DNA from: Candidatus Sericytochromatia bacterium
Lineage (GTDB): Bacteria; Cyanobacteriota; Sericytochromatia; S15B-MN24; UBA4093
Direction of reading: 5' to 3'
Length of the DNA: 64,000 nt
NCBI GenBank assembly: GCA_036676495.1
Contig: JAKFCT010000082.1
Span: forward strand, 1 to 64,000
Shown here: in pieces, positions 18,416 to 27,887 of the stretch
Numbering within the stretch: position 1 is the first letter of the stretch
How the letters are laid out: every line of letters starts with the position of its first letter
Notes under the pieces: generated by a model
Databases searched by the model: none
Told to the model about the DNA's origin: nothing
Seen by the model: the letters and a program-made list of their open reading frames with translations, nothing else
Program-made: the position numbers and the translations under genes

Positions 18416-21400
18416 GCGCTTCTCCCCACTTCGGGCGCTTCCTCGGCGCGGGCGATTGTCACGACTTCCGCCCCGGAGACGATCAAGATGACCTCTCCCT
18501 CCTCGTCTCCGAGCGTCCCGTCGAAGCAAATCGGCATCCCCCGTCGCAGCAGCGGACTCAGCTGGCGGTAGACCCTCGGGAAGACCACGCCCTGGAACTG
18601 CTCGCGCCCGTCGGAGAGCGTCAGGAAGACCATCTTCTCGCCTTGCTTGGTGCGGTGCCCGAAGCGCGAGACGATCTCGGCGACCACGCTCACCTGGATC
18701 TTCTCCCCGGGGAACTCGGCCCTCTGGGGCCCGGCCCCTTGCACCTCGGCCCCTCGGGTCTCGGCCCTCTGGGCCCGGGCCTCGGCGAAGCGGATGGCTC
18801 CGACCACCCGGGGCATCTCCACGACGGTCACGCTGTAGCCCAGCAGCTCGTTCTCGATGCGCTGGCGCTCGCGCGGGGAGTAATCGACGAGATCGGCCGG
18901 AGGTTCGGGGATGCGCTCGGGAAGGGGGAAGAGGCTCGCCTGCATGGAGCCTTCGCGGCGAGGGGGATGGCAAGAGGCTTGTCCCAGCATGCCGAGTTGC
19001 CAAAGTAGCCCCGGCCGAGACGTCTTGAAGCCTTCGCAGGCGCCGACCCGGATCAGCGTCTCCAGCTCGGGCCGCGAGAGCCCCGAGCGCTCCTTGAGAT
19101 CGCTGAGACCCTGGTAGGGGCCCTCCCGGCGACCCTGGAGCAGGCGCGAGACCCCGGCGGGACCGATGCCCGCGAGGTAAGACAGCCCGATCCTCAGGAC
19201 GTTCTCCCCTTCCACCGTGTAGGCGGCTTCGGAGCGGTTGACGCAGGGCAAGGCCAGCTCCGCACCGAAGGCGCGGGCGTCCTCGACGTAGACCCGGGGC
19301 GGGTAGTAGCCCTGTCCGCTGGAGAGCACCGCCGAGAGGTACTCCACGGGCCAGCGCGCCTTGATGAAGGCCTCTCTCACGGCGAGTGCCGCGCATGAGG
19401 CGGCATGGGCCTTTACGAAGCCGTAGCCCCCGAAGCTCTCCAGCATCTGCCAGACGGCCTCGGCCCGCTCCGGATCCCGGCCGAGCCTTCGCGCGCCCTC
19501 GAAGAAGGCATCCTTGAGCTTGGCGATTTCCGGGGGGATCCGCTTGGCGATGCCCTTGCGGAGGTTCTCGCATTGCCCCAAGGGGATCCCGGCGAAGACG
19601 TTGGCGACTTGCAAACATTGCTCCTGGTATAAGATGCAGCCATACGTGTGAGACAGGACATCACGAAGACAGTCGTCGGGATAGCGGACGGGCTCCTTGC
19701 CGTGCCGTCGAGCGACGTAGCGGGGGGTGATCCCGCCGTCGATGGGGCCGGGGCGGTAGAGGCTGGTGATGGCGGTGACGTCCTCGACGTGGCTGGGCTT
19801 GAACTGCCTCAAGAGGCCCTGGACCCCGCCGGATTCCAGCTGGTAGATACCGAGCGTCCGTCCCGAGCGCAGGAGGGCGAAGGCCTCCGGGTCGTCGAGG
19901 GGAAGCTCCTCGGGGACGAGGGCGATCCCGTGACGCTGGTTGATCAGCCGCACGGCATCCTGGAGGATGGCGAGGTTGCGGTTGGCCAGGAGATCCATCT
20001 TGAGCAGGCCGACCTCTTCGACGCCATGCATCTCGAACTGGGTGACGACGGGGCCTTTCGTCGAGCGCTCCAGGGGAACGACTTCCTTGAGCGGTTCTCG
20101 GCTGATCACGATTCCGCACGGATGGAGTCCCAGGTGATCCGGGATCCCTTCGAAGCGCGCGGCGGTGCTGATGAGCGTGCGGTAAGGCTCCTGGTCGACG
20201 GGAAGATCGCGGCATTCGGGATTCCTGGCGAGGGCGCCCATCAGGTCATCAGAGCTGAATGCCCAGGGCATGCGGCGGGAGACCTTGTCGATGAGCGTGT
20301 TCTCGAGGCCGAGGGCGGCTCCGGCGAGCCGGATGGCGCCACGCGGGCCGTGGTGCTGGTGGGTGGCGATCCGGGCGACGTGCTCGGCGCCGTAGGTGGC
20401 GTAGCAGTAGTCGATCACCTCGTCGCGCCGCAGCCAGTGGAAGTCGAGGTCGATGTCGGGAAGCCCCTTGCGTTCGAGGTTGAGGAAGCGCTCGAAGCAG
20501 AGCGTATGCTCCAGCGGGCAGATCTGCGAGATGCCCAGCACGTAGAGCACGAGGCTGCCGGCGGCGGAGCCGCGCGGCACGTGCGGGATGCCCGCCTCCC
20601 GGGCGAAGCGGACGAGGTCCCAGGCGATCAGGAAGTAGTCGACGAAGCCCATCTTCCGGATGACCGAAAGCTCTGATTCGAGGCGGGTCTGGGCCGCCTC
20701 GCGGAGCGGGGACGTGCCGTAGCGCGCGGCGAGGCCTTCGGCACAGAGGCGAGCCAGGAAACGATCGCTCTCTTCGCCATTCGGAGGCGTGAACGCGGGC
20801 AGGCGCGGCTGTCCGAAAACCGGCGCGTAGGTGCAGCGCTCGGCGATCGCCCGCATGGCCTTCAAGGCCTCGGGCAACTCCCCCCAGGCCGATCGCAACT
20901 CGGCGTCCGTTGCCAGATGCCTGGGTCCTGGCTGGGCATGCCCCAGGCCATGCCCCATCTGGAGCGCTTCCCAGGCTTTTTTGTCCTCGGGATGCAGGTA
21001 GAGCGCCTCGTGAGCGGCCACGACTCCGAGCTCGAGCTCGCGCGCCAGCCTCACCAGCGGCAGGGCCGGCCACCAGGGGCCGAGCTGGACGACGCAGTCC
21101 TCGGCCCCGAAGGCCTCCCGCCAGAGGGCGAGGAGGTGCTTGGCTTCCTGGTTCTGGCCATGGGCGAGGAGGCGCGGCACGGCTCCTTGCGCGCCGCCCG
21201 AGAGGAGGGCGAGGCCTCGGGCATGTTCGGCCAGCTCCTGGGGGTTGCGGGGGCCGTCGAGGTGCGTGAGGCTGATGAGGCGGGAGAGGTTGGCGAAGCC
21301 CGTCTCGTCGCGCACCAGCAGGGTGACGCGGGTGGGGCGATCGCCGGGCAAGCCTGCGATCGTCAGGCTCAACTCGGCCCCGAGCAGCGGCTGGATCCCG

Positions 21401-21573
21401 GCGTCGCGGGCCTGCTTCACGAAGGGCACCATGCCGTAGAGCCCGTCGAGGTCGGTGAGGGCGACGGCCCGGTGCCCGCGGGCCTTCACCTCCGCGAGGA
21501 GAGCCGGCAGGGTGAGCATGCTTTGGCGCAACGAGTAGACGGAATGGGTCTGAAGGTGGACAAGGTCGCTCAT
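18412..21573 (-). CDS. dnaE2: Error-prone DNA polymerase III alpha homologue (DnaE2-type)
   Basis: Degenerate PHP domain, RGSAAGS, FERFLN, PDIDLDF, KMDLL, YGFVKAHA, OB fold; paired with dinB under an SOS box. Confidence 0.85.
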   Translation of the reverse strand: MSDLVHLQTHSVYSLRQSMLTLPALLAEVKARGHRAVALTDLDGLYGMVPFVKQARDAGIQPLLGAELSLTIAGLPGDRPTRVTLLVRDETGFANLSRLISLTHLDGPRNPQELAEHARGLALLSGGAQGAVPRLLAHGQNQEAKHLLALWREAFGAEDCVVQLGPWWPALPLVRLARELELGVVAAHEALYLHPEDKKAWEALQMGHGLGHAQPGPRHLATDAELRSAWGELPEALKAMRAIAERCTYAPVFGQPRLPAFTPPNGEESDRFLARLCAEGLAARYGTSPLREAAQTRLESELSVIRKMGFVDYFLIAWDLVRFAREAGIPHVPRGSAAGSLVLYVLGISQICPLEHTLCFERFLNLERKGLPDIDLDFHWLRRDEVIDYCYATYGAEHVARIATHQHHGPRGAIRLAGAALGLENTLIDKVSRRMPWAFSSDDLMGALARNPECRDLPVDQEPYRTLISTAARFEGIPDHLGLHPCGIVISREPLKEVVPLERSTKGPVVTQFEMHGVEEVGLLKMDLLANRNLAILQDAVRLINQRHGIALVPEELPLDDPEAFALLRSGRTLGIYQLESGGVQGLLRQFKPSHVEDVTAITSLYRPGPIDGGITPRYVARRHGKEPVRYPDDCLRDVLSHTYGCILYQEQCLQVANVFAGIPLGQCENLRKGIAKRIPPEIAKLKDAFFEGARRLGRDPERAEAVWQMLESFGGYGFVKAHAASCAALAVREAFIKARWPVEYLSAVLSSGQGYYPPRVYVEDARAFGAELALPCVNRSEAAYTVEGENVLRIGLSYLAGIGPAGVSRLLQGRREGPYQGLSDLKERSGLSRPELETLIRVGACEGFKTSRPGLLWQLGMLGQASCHPPRREGSMQASLFPLPERIPEPPADLVDYSPRERQRIENELLGYSVTVVEMPRVVGAIRFAEARAQRAETRGAEVQGAGPQRAEFPGEKIQVSVVAEIVSRFGHRTKQGEKMVFLTLSDGREQFQGVVFPRVYRQLSPLLRRGMPICFDGTLGDEEGEVILIVSGAEVVTIARAEEAPEVGRSA

Positions 21574-21598
21574 CCGTTGGGTCTCCGATGGTAGCGCC

Positions 21599-21742
21599 CG
21601 CGGCTGTTTCGAAGCGCCAGCGGCTTTTGGTTGTAAAGCGTAGCTGACCTGTAGAAACGACTGGCTTTGAATCGCGGCTGTTTCGAAGCGTCAGCGGCTT
21701 TAGTAGTAAAGCGTCGCTGACCTGTAGAATCGACAGGCTTTG
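21599..21742 (-). repeat. Tandem ~70-bp structured direct repeat (period 74) in the dnaE2 leader
   Basis: 21599-21669 versus 21673-21742, about 90% identical by manual alignment. Confidence 0.9.
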
Positions 21743-21756
21743 GAACGTATGTTCGA
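21741..21756. promoter_or_regulatory. LexA (SOS) box, Gram-positive/actinobacterial type
   Basis: tgGAAC-gtat-GTTCga, 9 nt downstream of the -10 of the dnaE2-dinB promoter. Confidence 0.85.
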
Positions 21757-21763
21757 GACCATG

Positions 21764-21792
21764 AGCCTAAGCCCTGACTGCCTCTCAGTCAA
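21764..21792 (-). promoter_or_regulatory. Sigma70-type promoter of dnaE2-dinB
   Basis: TTGACT-17bp-TAGGCT on the minus strand. Confidence 0.75.
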
Positions 21793-21912
21793 GGAAGCAA
21801 GTCAGCAACGCGGCAAGCGAGCCGTCGATGGCCCTGGGACGGGATCGCCGCGCCGGCTGTCAACTTGCTTTTGTTGTGTTTTGGTGGAAATGTTGTTTTG
21901 CCTGTTGCGTGA

Positions 21913-24339
21913 TCAGCAAACAGGTCCTTCCTCCGAGTGAAGCGTGAGCGCGCAATCCGCGATCTCGAACCAGAAGCAGCTTCCTTGCCGGGGGCTGCTC
22001 TCCACTCCCATGCGCCCCCCGTGAGCCTCGACGAACGCGCGGCAGATGGCGAGGCCCAAGCCCACCCCTCCTTGCTCGCGGGTGTTGCTGGAGTCCGCCT
22101 GGTAGAACTTGGCGAAGACGTGGGGCAGGTGCTCGGGGGAGATCCCGATGCCGGTATCGCGAACCTCGATGCGGAAGCCCGTCTCGCGGGCCTGGAGGCT
22201 CATGGTGATCCGGCCGCCGGGCGGCGTGAACTTCACGGCGTTGCCCAGGAGGTTGCGGAGCACCTGGCGGATGCGCTGGGAATCCACCTCCACCCAGAGG
22301 GGCGCGGCCGGCATCTGGGTGATGAGCGTGAGTCCCGCCTCTTCCAGGTGCGGCATGAAGCCTTCCGCCTCCTGGGTGATGAGCTCCGCGATGTCGATCT
22401 CGTGCTTCAGGAGGGTGAAGTTGCCGGCTTCCAGACGGGCGAAGTCGAGCATGTCGTCGACCATCCGGGCGAGTCGCAGGGCCCCGGTCTCGATCTGCCC
22501 CAGGAAGTCCTGCTGAGAGGCGTTCAAGGGGCCTGCGACCTCGTCCTTCAGGAACTCCGCATAGCCGAGGATGGCCGAAAGCGGGGTCCGCAGCTCATGG
22601 GAGGTGGTATTGAGGAACTCCCCCTTGAGGCGGTCCAGCTCTTGCAGTTCCGCGTACATGCGCTCCAGCTCCCGCGTCCGCGCCTGGCTCTCGTGAAAGA
22701 GCTGGGCATTTTGAAGCGACAGCATCAGGTGCTGGGTCAGGCCTTCGAGCAGGAGCCCGTCCGAGGACTGGTAGGGAAGGCCGGATTTCGCGGGGCCCAC
22801 CAGGACGCAGCCGCGGATCGCTTCCAGGTCGACGAGCGGCAGCAGCAGGGCTTGCTCGAACTCCCCGTAATCGAGAGGCCGTCGGGGGGAGGTTCGCGGC
22901 GCGCGCAGGGCCGCGGCGAGGGCGGGATGGTCGAGGTCGTAGCGCGTGCCGGGATCGGCTTCGCGTCCCCGCATCTGGGCGATCGCGAAGCCCGAGGGGC
23001 CCTCCGAGCGGAGGAGGATGACGACGTACTCGGGGTGCAGGGCCTCGTCGAGGGTGTCGAGGTAGGCGTCCAGGAGGATCTGGCGGTCCAGGGTCGAGTG
23101 GGCGAGCTTGCCGAAGCGGGTGGAGAGCTTGCGGTGATCGCCCTCGTTCCGGAAGAAGGCCCGATCGACCACGCGCTTGAAGCCGTCGCGCATGGGGATG
23201 AGCCCGAGGGCGACCAGGGCGGTCAGGAGCAGGTCGGCCTTGGGGGAGTGGGGGCCGATGGCCATGTCGAGCCCGATGACCGAGGCCAGGTAGAAGAGAG
23301 CGACCATGGCCGTGACGAGGGTGTAGGCCAGGGTTCGCTTGACGAGATCCTCGACCTCGAAGAGCTGGTGGCGGAGGATGGCGTAGGCGACGGCGATCGG
23401 GAAGAGGGCGAGCCCCAGTGAGATGGCCTCGGGGTAGGCGGAGATGCCGCGCAGGAAGCGGACATGCTCCATGAAGACGACCAGCCCGACGGGAACGAAG
23501 CAGAGCAGGCTCCCTCCGAGGAGCGTCCGGGCCTGAACCTTGATCTGAGGAGTGCTCGTGCGGCTGAGGGCGGCCCAGAGCGCGCTGCCGATCAGGGCCA
23601 GCACGTTGAGGGTGGTCACGCCGGAAAGGAGGCGGATCGCATCGAGCTGCCGGCCTCCGAACCACATGGGCAGCATCACCAGTACGATCAGCCCCGCGAA
23701 GAGCCAGTTGACCGTGGGCAGCCAGGGGAAGCGCTCCAGGAGGGGCCAGCGGCGCGGGAGGTTCCAGGCCAGGTTCAGGGTGACGGGCCCGTAGAGCGCG
23801 AACGGCACCATGCATGGCAGGCTGGCCAGCAGGTAGGTGTTTCCCGACTCGAAGGCGCTGACCAGGATCAAGGCCGAGCAGACGCTGTAGAGCCAGTGGG
23901 CGATGGTGACGGGCTGCCCGGGCCGGAGGATGGAGACCAGGGCCCCCATGCCGAGGTGAAGGAGTCCGATGAGCCAGAAGATCAGGGGGTAGCGGATCCA
24001 GGATCGCAGGCGGTAGGTCTGGGTGGGGAGGGTGGCCGTGAACACGTCCGTCCCGCGGGTCAGCTGATAGGTGATGGGGGTGCCGAGCGGTTTCGATTCG
24101 GCGTAGCGGTAGAGCGCGGGGCCGTCGCGCATCGGTTGGCCGTCCACCGTGAGGAGGCGATCGCCCGAACGGATGCCGCTCGCGCTCTCGGAAAGGATCA
24201 CCGCGCCGACCGTTTGGTCGGCACGGAGCGTGAAGCCCGGGTAGGTTCGGTTGATCCAGGGCAGCTCCAGGACCAGGCAGAAGGCTCCATAGAGGAGCAC
24301 CGCCAGAAGCGTCGCATAGAAGCTGAGTTTGCGGAGCAA
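21913..24339 (-). CDS. Multi-TM sensor histidine kinase (PDZ-like, membrane domain, GAF, HisKA, HATPase)
   Basis: GIRSGDRLLTVDG, SHELRTPL, NLLGNAVKFT, DTGIGI, GVGLGL. Confidence 0.92.
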   Translation of the reverse strand: MLRKLSFYATLLAVLLYGAFCLVLELPWINRTYPGFTLRADQTVGAVILSESASGIRSGDRLLTVDGQPMRDGPALYRYAESKPLGTPITYQLTRGTDVFTATLPTQTYRLRSWIRYPLIFWLIGLLHLGMGALVSILRPGQPVTIAHWLYSVCSALILVSAFESGNTYLLASLPCMVPFALYGPVTLNLAWNLPRRWPLLERFPWLPTVNWLFAGLIVLVMLPMWFGGRQLDAIRLLSGVTTLNVLALIGSALWAALSRTSTPQIKVQARTLLGGSLLCFVPVGLVVFMEHVRFLRGISAYPEAISLGLALFPIAVAYAILRHQLFEVEDLVKRTLAYTLVTAMVALFYLASVIGLDMAIGPHSPKADLLLTALVALGLIPMRDGFKRVVDRAFFRNEGDHRKLSTRFGKLAHSTLDRQILLDAYLDTLDEALHPEYVVILLRSEGPSGFAIAQMRGREADPGTRYDLDHPALAAALRAPRTSPRRPLDYGEFEQALLLPLVDLEAIRGCVLVGPAKSGLPYQSSDGLLLEGLTQHLMLSLQNAQLFHESQARTRELERMYAELQELDRLKGEFLNTTSHELRTPLSAILGYAEFLKDEVAGPLNASQQDFLGQIETGALRLARMVDDMLDFARLEAGNFTLLKHEIDIAELITQEAEGFMPHLEEAGLTLITQMPAAPLWVEVDSQRIRQVLRNLLGNAVKFTPPGGRITMSLQARETGFRIEVRDTGIGISPEHLPHVFAKFYQADSSNTREQGGVGLGLAICRAFVEAHGGRMGVESSPRQGSCFWFEIADCALTLHSEEGPVC

Positions 24340-24588
24340 AGGCGACTACCTCCTTGGACGGCATGAGGCATTATCCCATGCTTCCTTCCCGGACGGGCGG
24401 GGGGTGACGGAGTAGTGGTTAACCTTATGGACGTTGGTCGTCGTGAGATCAGAGCAGGCGTCTCGGTCGAGGGCGTTTGAAAAGTGATTGCGATCACCTT
24501 CTGTTTCGCTTTATCAGGCGGTTTGCGGCGTCACGACTGGGTTTTCTGCGCTTGACAGCCTGCCGCCAAGTAGGGTAACCCTAGAGTA

Positions 24589-25419
24589 ATGGCTTGCTTG
24601 TTAACGAAGAAATCCACCCATCGTCGCCTGATCCAGCAGGCTCTTGCCTGTCTGATGATCGTCGGGGCCTTCGCCCCCACTCCGCTGGCCTTTGCCGCGG
24701 CTGAGCGGCCCGCTCAGACTCAGGCTTACGATCAGGTTTACCGCTTCGTCGAAGGGGCGAAGGGGAAGGCCACGGCTCATCGCTACACGGCGCTGATCGT
24801 GAAATCGGCCCAGAAGCACGGCTTGTCCCCCCTGCTGGTCGCCAACCTCATCCTGACCGAGAGCAGCTTCAACCCCAAGGCGATCAGCCCCATGGGAGCC
24901 ATCGGCCTGATGCAGGTCATGCCCTTCCACTACACCAAGCGCCGGATCCCGATCTCGCAGTGGCACGATCCCGCGGTGAATATCGACCTGGGCTGCCAGA
25001 TCTACGCCTCCTACGTCGCGATGATGAACGAGCGCTACCCCGGCTTGACGCCCTCGGCGCTGCAGCACCGGGCGCTGGTGGCCTACAACATGGGCCCTCG
25101 GGCCGTCATTTCCCGCGGCATCTACCGCTCCCGCTACTCCCAGAAGGTCTTCGAGAAAGGCGCGATGACCGCCGCCGCTCCGGCCCCCCGGCCGTCGCGT
25201 CCGATTCCCGCTCCGCCTCCCGAGCCCAAGCCGGAAGTCGCGCTGCCCGTCCGCTGGGAGGATCTTCCCCTCTCGACCACGGCCTTGAGCGTCACCTTCG
25301 ATGCCGGGTCCGCGGATCGCCTCCGGGTCGGCTACGCGATGCCTGAGACGGTCTTCCTCATGCCGGCCGAGCCCTCGGAGTTCTTGCGGCGCTCCGGCAT
25401 CGAGCGGGGCACTCCTTAA
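24589..25419 (+). CDS. Lytic transglycosylase (SLT domain)
   Basis: Signal peptide, ESSFNPKAISxxGAIGLMQVMP, ALVAYNMG. Confidence 0.9.
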   Translation: MACLLTKKSTHRRLIQQALACLMIVGAFAPTPLAFAAAERPAQTQAYDQVYRFVEGAKGKATAHRYTALIVKSAQKHGLSPLLVANLILTESSFNPKAISPMGAIGLMQVMPFHYTKRRIPISQWHDPAVNIDLGCQIYASYVAMMNERYPGLTPSALQHRALVAYNMGPRAVISRGIYRSRYSQKVFEKGAMTAAAPAPRPSRPIPAPPPEPKPEVALPVRWEDLPLSTTALSVTFDAGSADRLRVGYAMPETVFLMPAEPSEFLRRSGIERGTP

Positions 25420-25484
25420 ATTTCAGCCGCAGGCGCTAAGATTCAGCCGCCGGCGTTCCCGGAGTTTTTTCCCCACCTAATAAC

Positions 25485-25516
25485 AAGGCGAGTCCCCGTC
25501 GGGGACTCGCCTTTTG
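25485..25516. terminator. Intrinsic terminator between convergent genes
   Basis: AAGGCGAGTCCCC-gtc-GGGGACTCGCCTTTT. Confidence 0.8.
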
Positions 25517-25531
25517 TGTGGAATGGGGGCC

Positions 25532-26029
25532 TTACTGGAAGGTCCGGTAGCCTCCGTGGTAGAGCAGGGGGTTGGTGTTGTCATGCACTCTCAACCCCAC
25601 GACCTCTCCGAGGAAGAGCGTGTGATCTCCGCCGTCGTACTCGGCCCAGAGGCGGCAGGCCACGTTGGCGAGGCCACCCGAGAGCATGGGGATCTTTTCG
25701 TGCCAGTCGTAGGTCAGCGTGGCTTCGACCTCCGGGGTCCGCTTCCCGGCGAAGTAGTTGGAGGCCTCGATCTGATCGGCAGACAGGACCGTGACCCCGA
25801 AGAACCCCGCCTCGTGGAGGTTGCCATGCATGCTCAGGTTCTTCCCGACGGAGACGAGCACGAGCGGCGGGTTCAGTGAAATCGACGTGAACGAGTTGGC
25901 GGTCATCCCGACGATATCCGACCCCTTGGTCGTGGTCACGACGGTGACCCCGGTGCAAAAGGTCCCCATCGCCTTGCGGAACTCGGAGTTGTCGAACTGC
26001 GTCGAGAGGGTGGTCTCTGGAGCGGACAT
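25532..26029 (-). CDS. Flavin reductase (HpaC-like)
   Basis: FRKAMGxFxTGVTVVT, GMTANSFTSISLNPPLV, GGDHTLFLGEV. Confidence 0.92.
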   Translation of the reverse strand: MSAPETTLSTQFDNSEFRKAMGTFCTGVTVVTTTKGSDIVGMTANSFTSISLNPPLVLVSVGKNLSMHGNLHEAGFFGVTVLSADQIEASNYFAGKRTPEVEATLTYDWHEKIPMLSGGLANVACRLWAEYDGGDHTLFLGEVVGLRVHDNTNPLLYHGGYRTFQ

Positions 26030-26148
26030 GGCAAACTTCCCTTCTATCCAATGCTGTCCCCATTATAAGGCTTGTGGGGTGGGGTCAAGTGCCGGGTCTG
26101 CCTTATTTCACGCATGGAACGCCTGAGACCCCGGGAAGAGGACCATGC

Positions 26149-27132
26149 TTAATCGCTTGAGGCCCCCGTCCGCGGCGTGAGATGGGTCACGTAGAACCGC
26201 TGGGGACGGGGCTCTCCGGCCCGCGCTCCCCCGACGGGAATCCGCGTGAGGGAGTAGTCTCCGCTCTCTTCGAGGATCGCTTCCACCGGGGGGAGGCCGG
26301 GAGCGTAGATGAAGGTCCCGCCCACCTTGAGAGCCCGGAGGATCTCCCGGGTGGTTCGGGCATAGGCCGCCAGCTTTTCGTCCTGCTTCAGGTAGTGGTG
26401 CCAGAAGTGATTGGAGAACGCCATGTGGGAGATGATCGTCCCCCAGGACCGGGCCTCCCATGCGTGTTCGAGCCAACTGCCGCGCATGAGGTAGGGTCGC
26501 TCGTCCACCAGCCGATCGAGGCCGTACGCCTCCACTCCGTGCGTGCGGAGGTGCTCGACGAGCGTGGCCTGGGACCCGCAGCCGAGGTCGAGCACGGGCT
26601 GGCGCAGCGCCGAGGGAACGATGCCCAGCAGCTCGCATTGAAGCTCAGCGCTGTACTCGGCGCAGGGGATGGTGGGGACCTCGGGGCTCTTTTGGTAAGC
26701 CTCGAACGAGTCTTCGCCGTTCGTGAGGATCAGGAAGTCTTTCAAGCGGGCGTAGTGCCGGGCCATGAGGGTTTCGACCTCATGGCGGGCGCGCGGGGAG
26801 GAGCCGAGCGCTTCGAGGTCGTCGAGCAGTCGCGCATAGTGCGCTTCGAGCGCTTGCTCGTCCCCGGCGCTGAAGCTCAGGAACTGGTTCGCCTGCATGA
26901 ACTGCGCGAGGCATGCGTGGGCTAAGCGCTCGAGGAGGGCGCGGCGCCCCGGGGCGTCGAGCTCCGCCAGGAAGCTTCCGACCTGCTCGGGCCGGGACGT
27001 CAGGAGAGCCGTCAACTGGGGGGAGGGGCGAACGGCGAGCTTGCCGCTCGGGTACCGGAAGAAGAGGCTGCGCGTGCGGTTCGTGTGAAACTGCCGCTCG
27101 ATGTTTTCCTGGATGAGTGCGGGGAGGTGCAT
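26149..27132 (-). CDS. Class I SAM-dependent methyltransferase-like protein
   Basis: VLDLGCG, AYGLD, LKVGGTFIYAP; SD AGAAAGG. Confidence 0.7.
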   Translation of the reverse strand: MHLPALIQENIERQFHTNRTRSLFFRYPSGKLAVRPSPQLTALLTSRPEQVGSFLAELDAPGRRALLERLAHACLAQFMQANQFLSFSAGDEQALEAHYARLLDDLEALGSSPRARHEVETLMARHYARLKDFLILTNGEDSFEAYQKSPEVPTIPCAEYSAELQCELLGIVPSALRQPVLDLGCGSQATLVEHLRTHGVEAYGLDRLVDERPYLMRGSWLEHAWEARSWGTIISHMAFSNHFWHHYLKQDEKLAAYARTTREILRALKVGGTFIYAPGLPPVEAILEESGDYSLTRIPVGGARAGEPRPQRFYVTHLTPRTGASSD

Positions 27133-27169
27133 GCGTGCCGCCTTTCTTTGAAGGAGGGCTCGGGTGGCC

Positions 27170-27796
27170 TTAGGCGGGGCGCCGGCTGAACAAGGCCGTC
27201 AGGCCGCTCAGGTGGTAGGCGGAGTACTCGGCGATCGCCTCGCGGAGGGCGGCTTCCGGGGAGTTTTGGCTCAGGATGGCCACCATGGCGCTGACGAAGT
27301 TCCGGTAGATCAGCTCGAGGATGGCGCGGGAAGGTTCGGGGCCTTGCTTGGACGGGGCGAGGGCGTGGTAGTGGGCGAAAGCGACCTCGACGAGGGTTTG
27401 GACGACCTTTTCGGGAACGGCGTCATGGCGGGTCCCCTGGGAATGGGCGAGCAGGATGACGACTTGGAGACGGTTGGACAGGCAGAAGACGAGCAATTCC
27501 TCGGAGAGCAGGTGGTAGCGATCGCCCTCGTCCAGGCGCTGGAGATCGTCGATTCCTTTGAGGGCTTCGGCGCGTTGGCGAAGCAGCTCGACGAACCGGC
27601 CGGCGAAGGCCTCGCTGAGGAGGGCGTCGAAGAGAGCTTCCTTGTTGCGGTAGTAGCGGTAGATATTGCCGGTCGAGACCTGGGCGACGTTCCCGATCGT
27701 GGCCATCGTCGCCCGCTCGAACCCGAGCTGGGCGAAGACCTCCAGGGCCGCCGCGCGGATCCGCGCCTCCACCTCGTCCTTGAGCATCTGGGCCAT
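27170..27796 (-). CDS. TetR-family transcriptional regulator
   Basis: AALEVFAQLGFERATM...VSTGNIYRYYxNKEALF HTH. Confidence 0.9.
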   Translation of the reverse strand: MAQMLKDEVEARIRAAALEVFAQLGFERATMATIGNVAQVSTGNIYRYYRNKEALFDALLSEAFAGRFVELLRQRAEALKGIDDLQRLDEGDRYHLLSEELLVFCLSNRLQVVILLAHSQGTRHDAVPEKVVQTLVEVAFAHYHALAPSKQGPEPSRAILELIYRNFVSAMVAILSQNSPEAALREAIAEYSAYHLSGLTALFSRRPA

Positions 27797-27810
27797 CGCT
27801 CCCCCTCGTT

Positions 27811-27838
27811 TAGTGAATAGTGAATTCTTTATTCATTA
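27811..27838. promoter_or_regulatory. Palindromic operator upstream of the TetR gene
   Basis: TGAATA-gt-GAATTC-tt-TATTCA, perfectly centred dyad. Confidence 0.7.
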
Positions 27839-27887
27839 ATACCATGGCAATCCCCTCCACGAAAAGCAGGGCGCGTGCTTGAGGCGG

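Noticed and set aside
21599-21742. CRISPR array, hammerhead ribozyme or purine riboswitch as explanation of the tandem repeat
   Set aside because: Only two long units with no spacers and no cas genes; CUGA..CGAAAC lacks CUGAnGA and stem II; UUUCUAC is present but the other purine-aptamer elements are not
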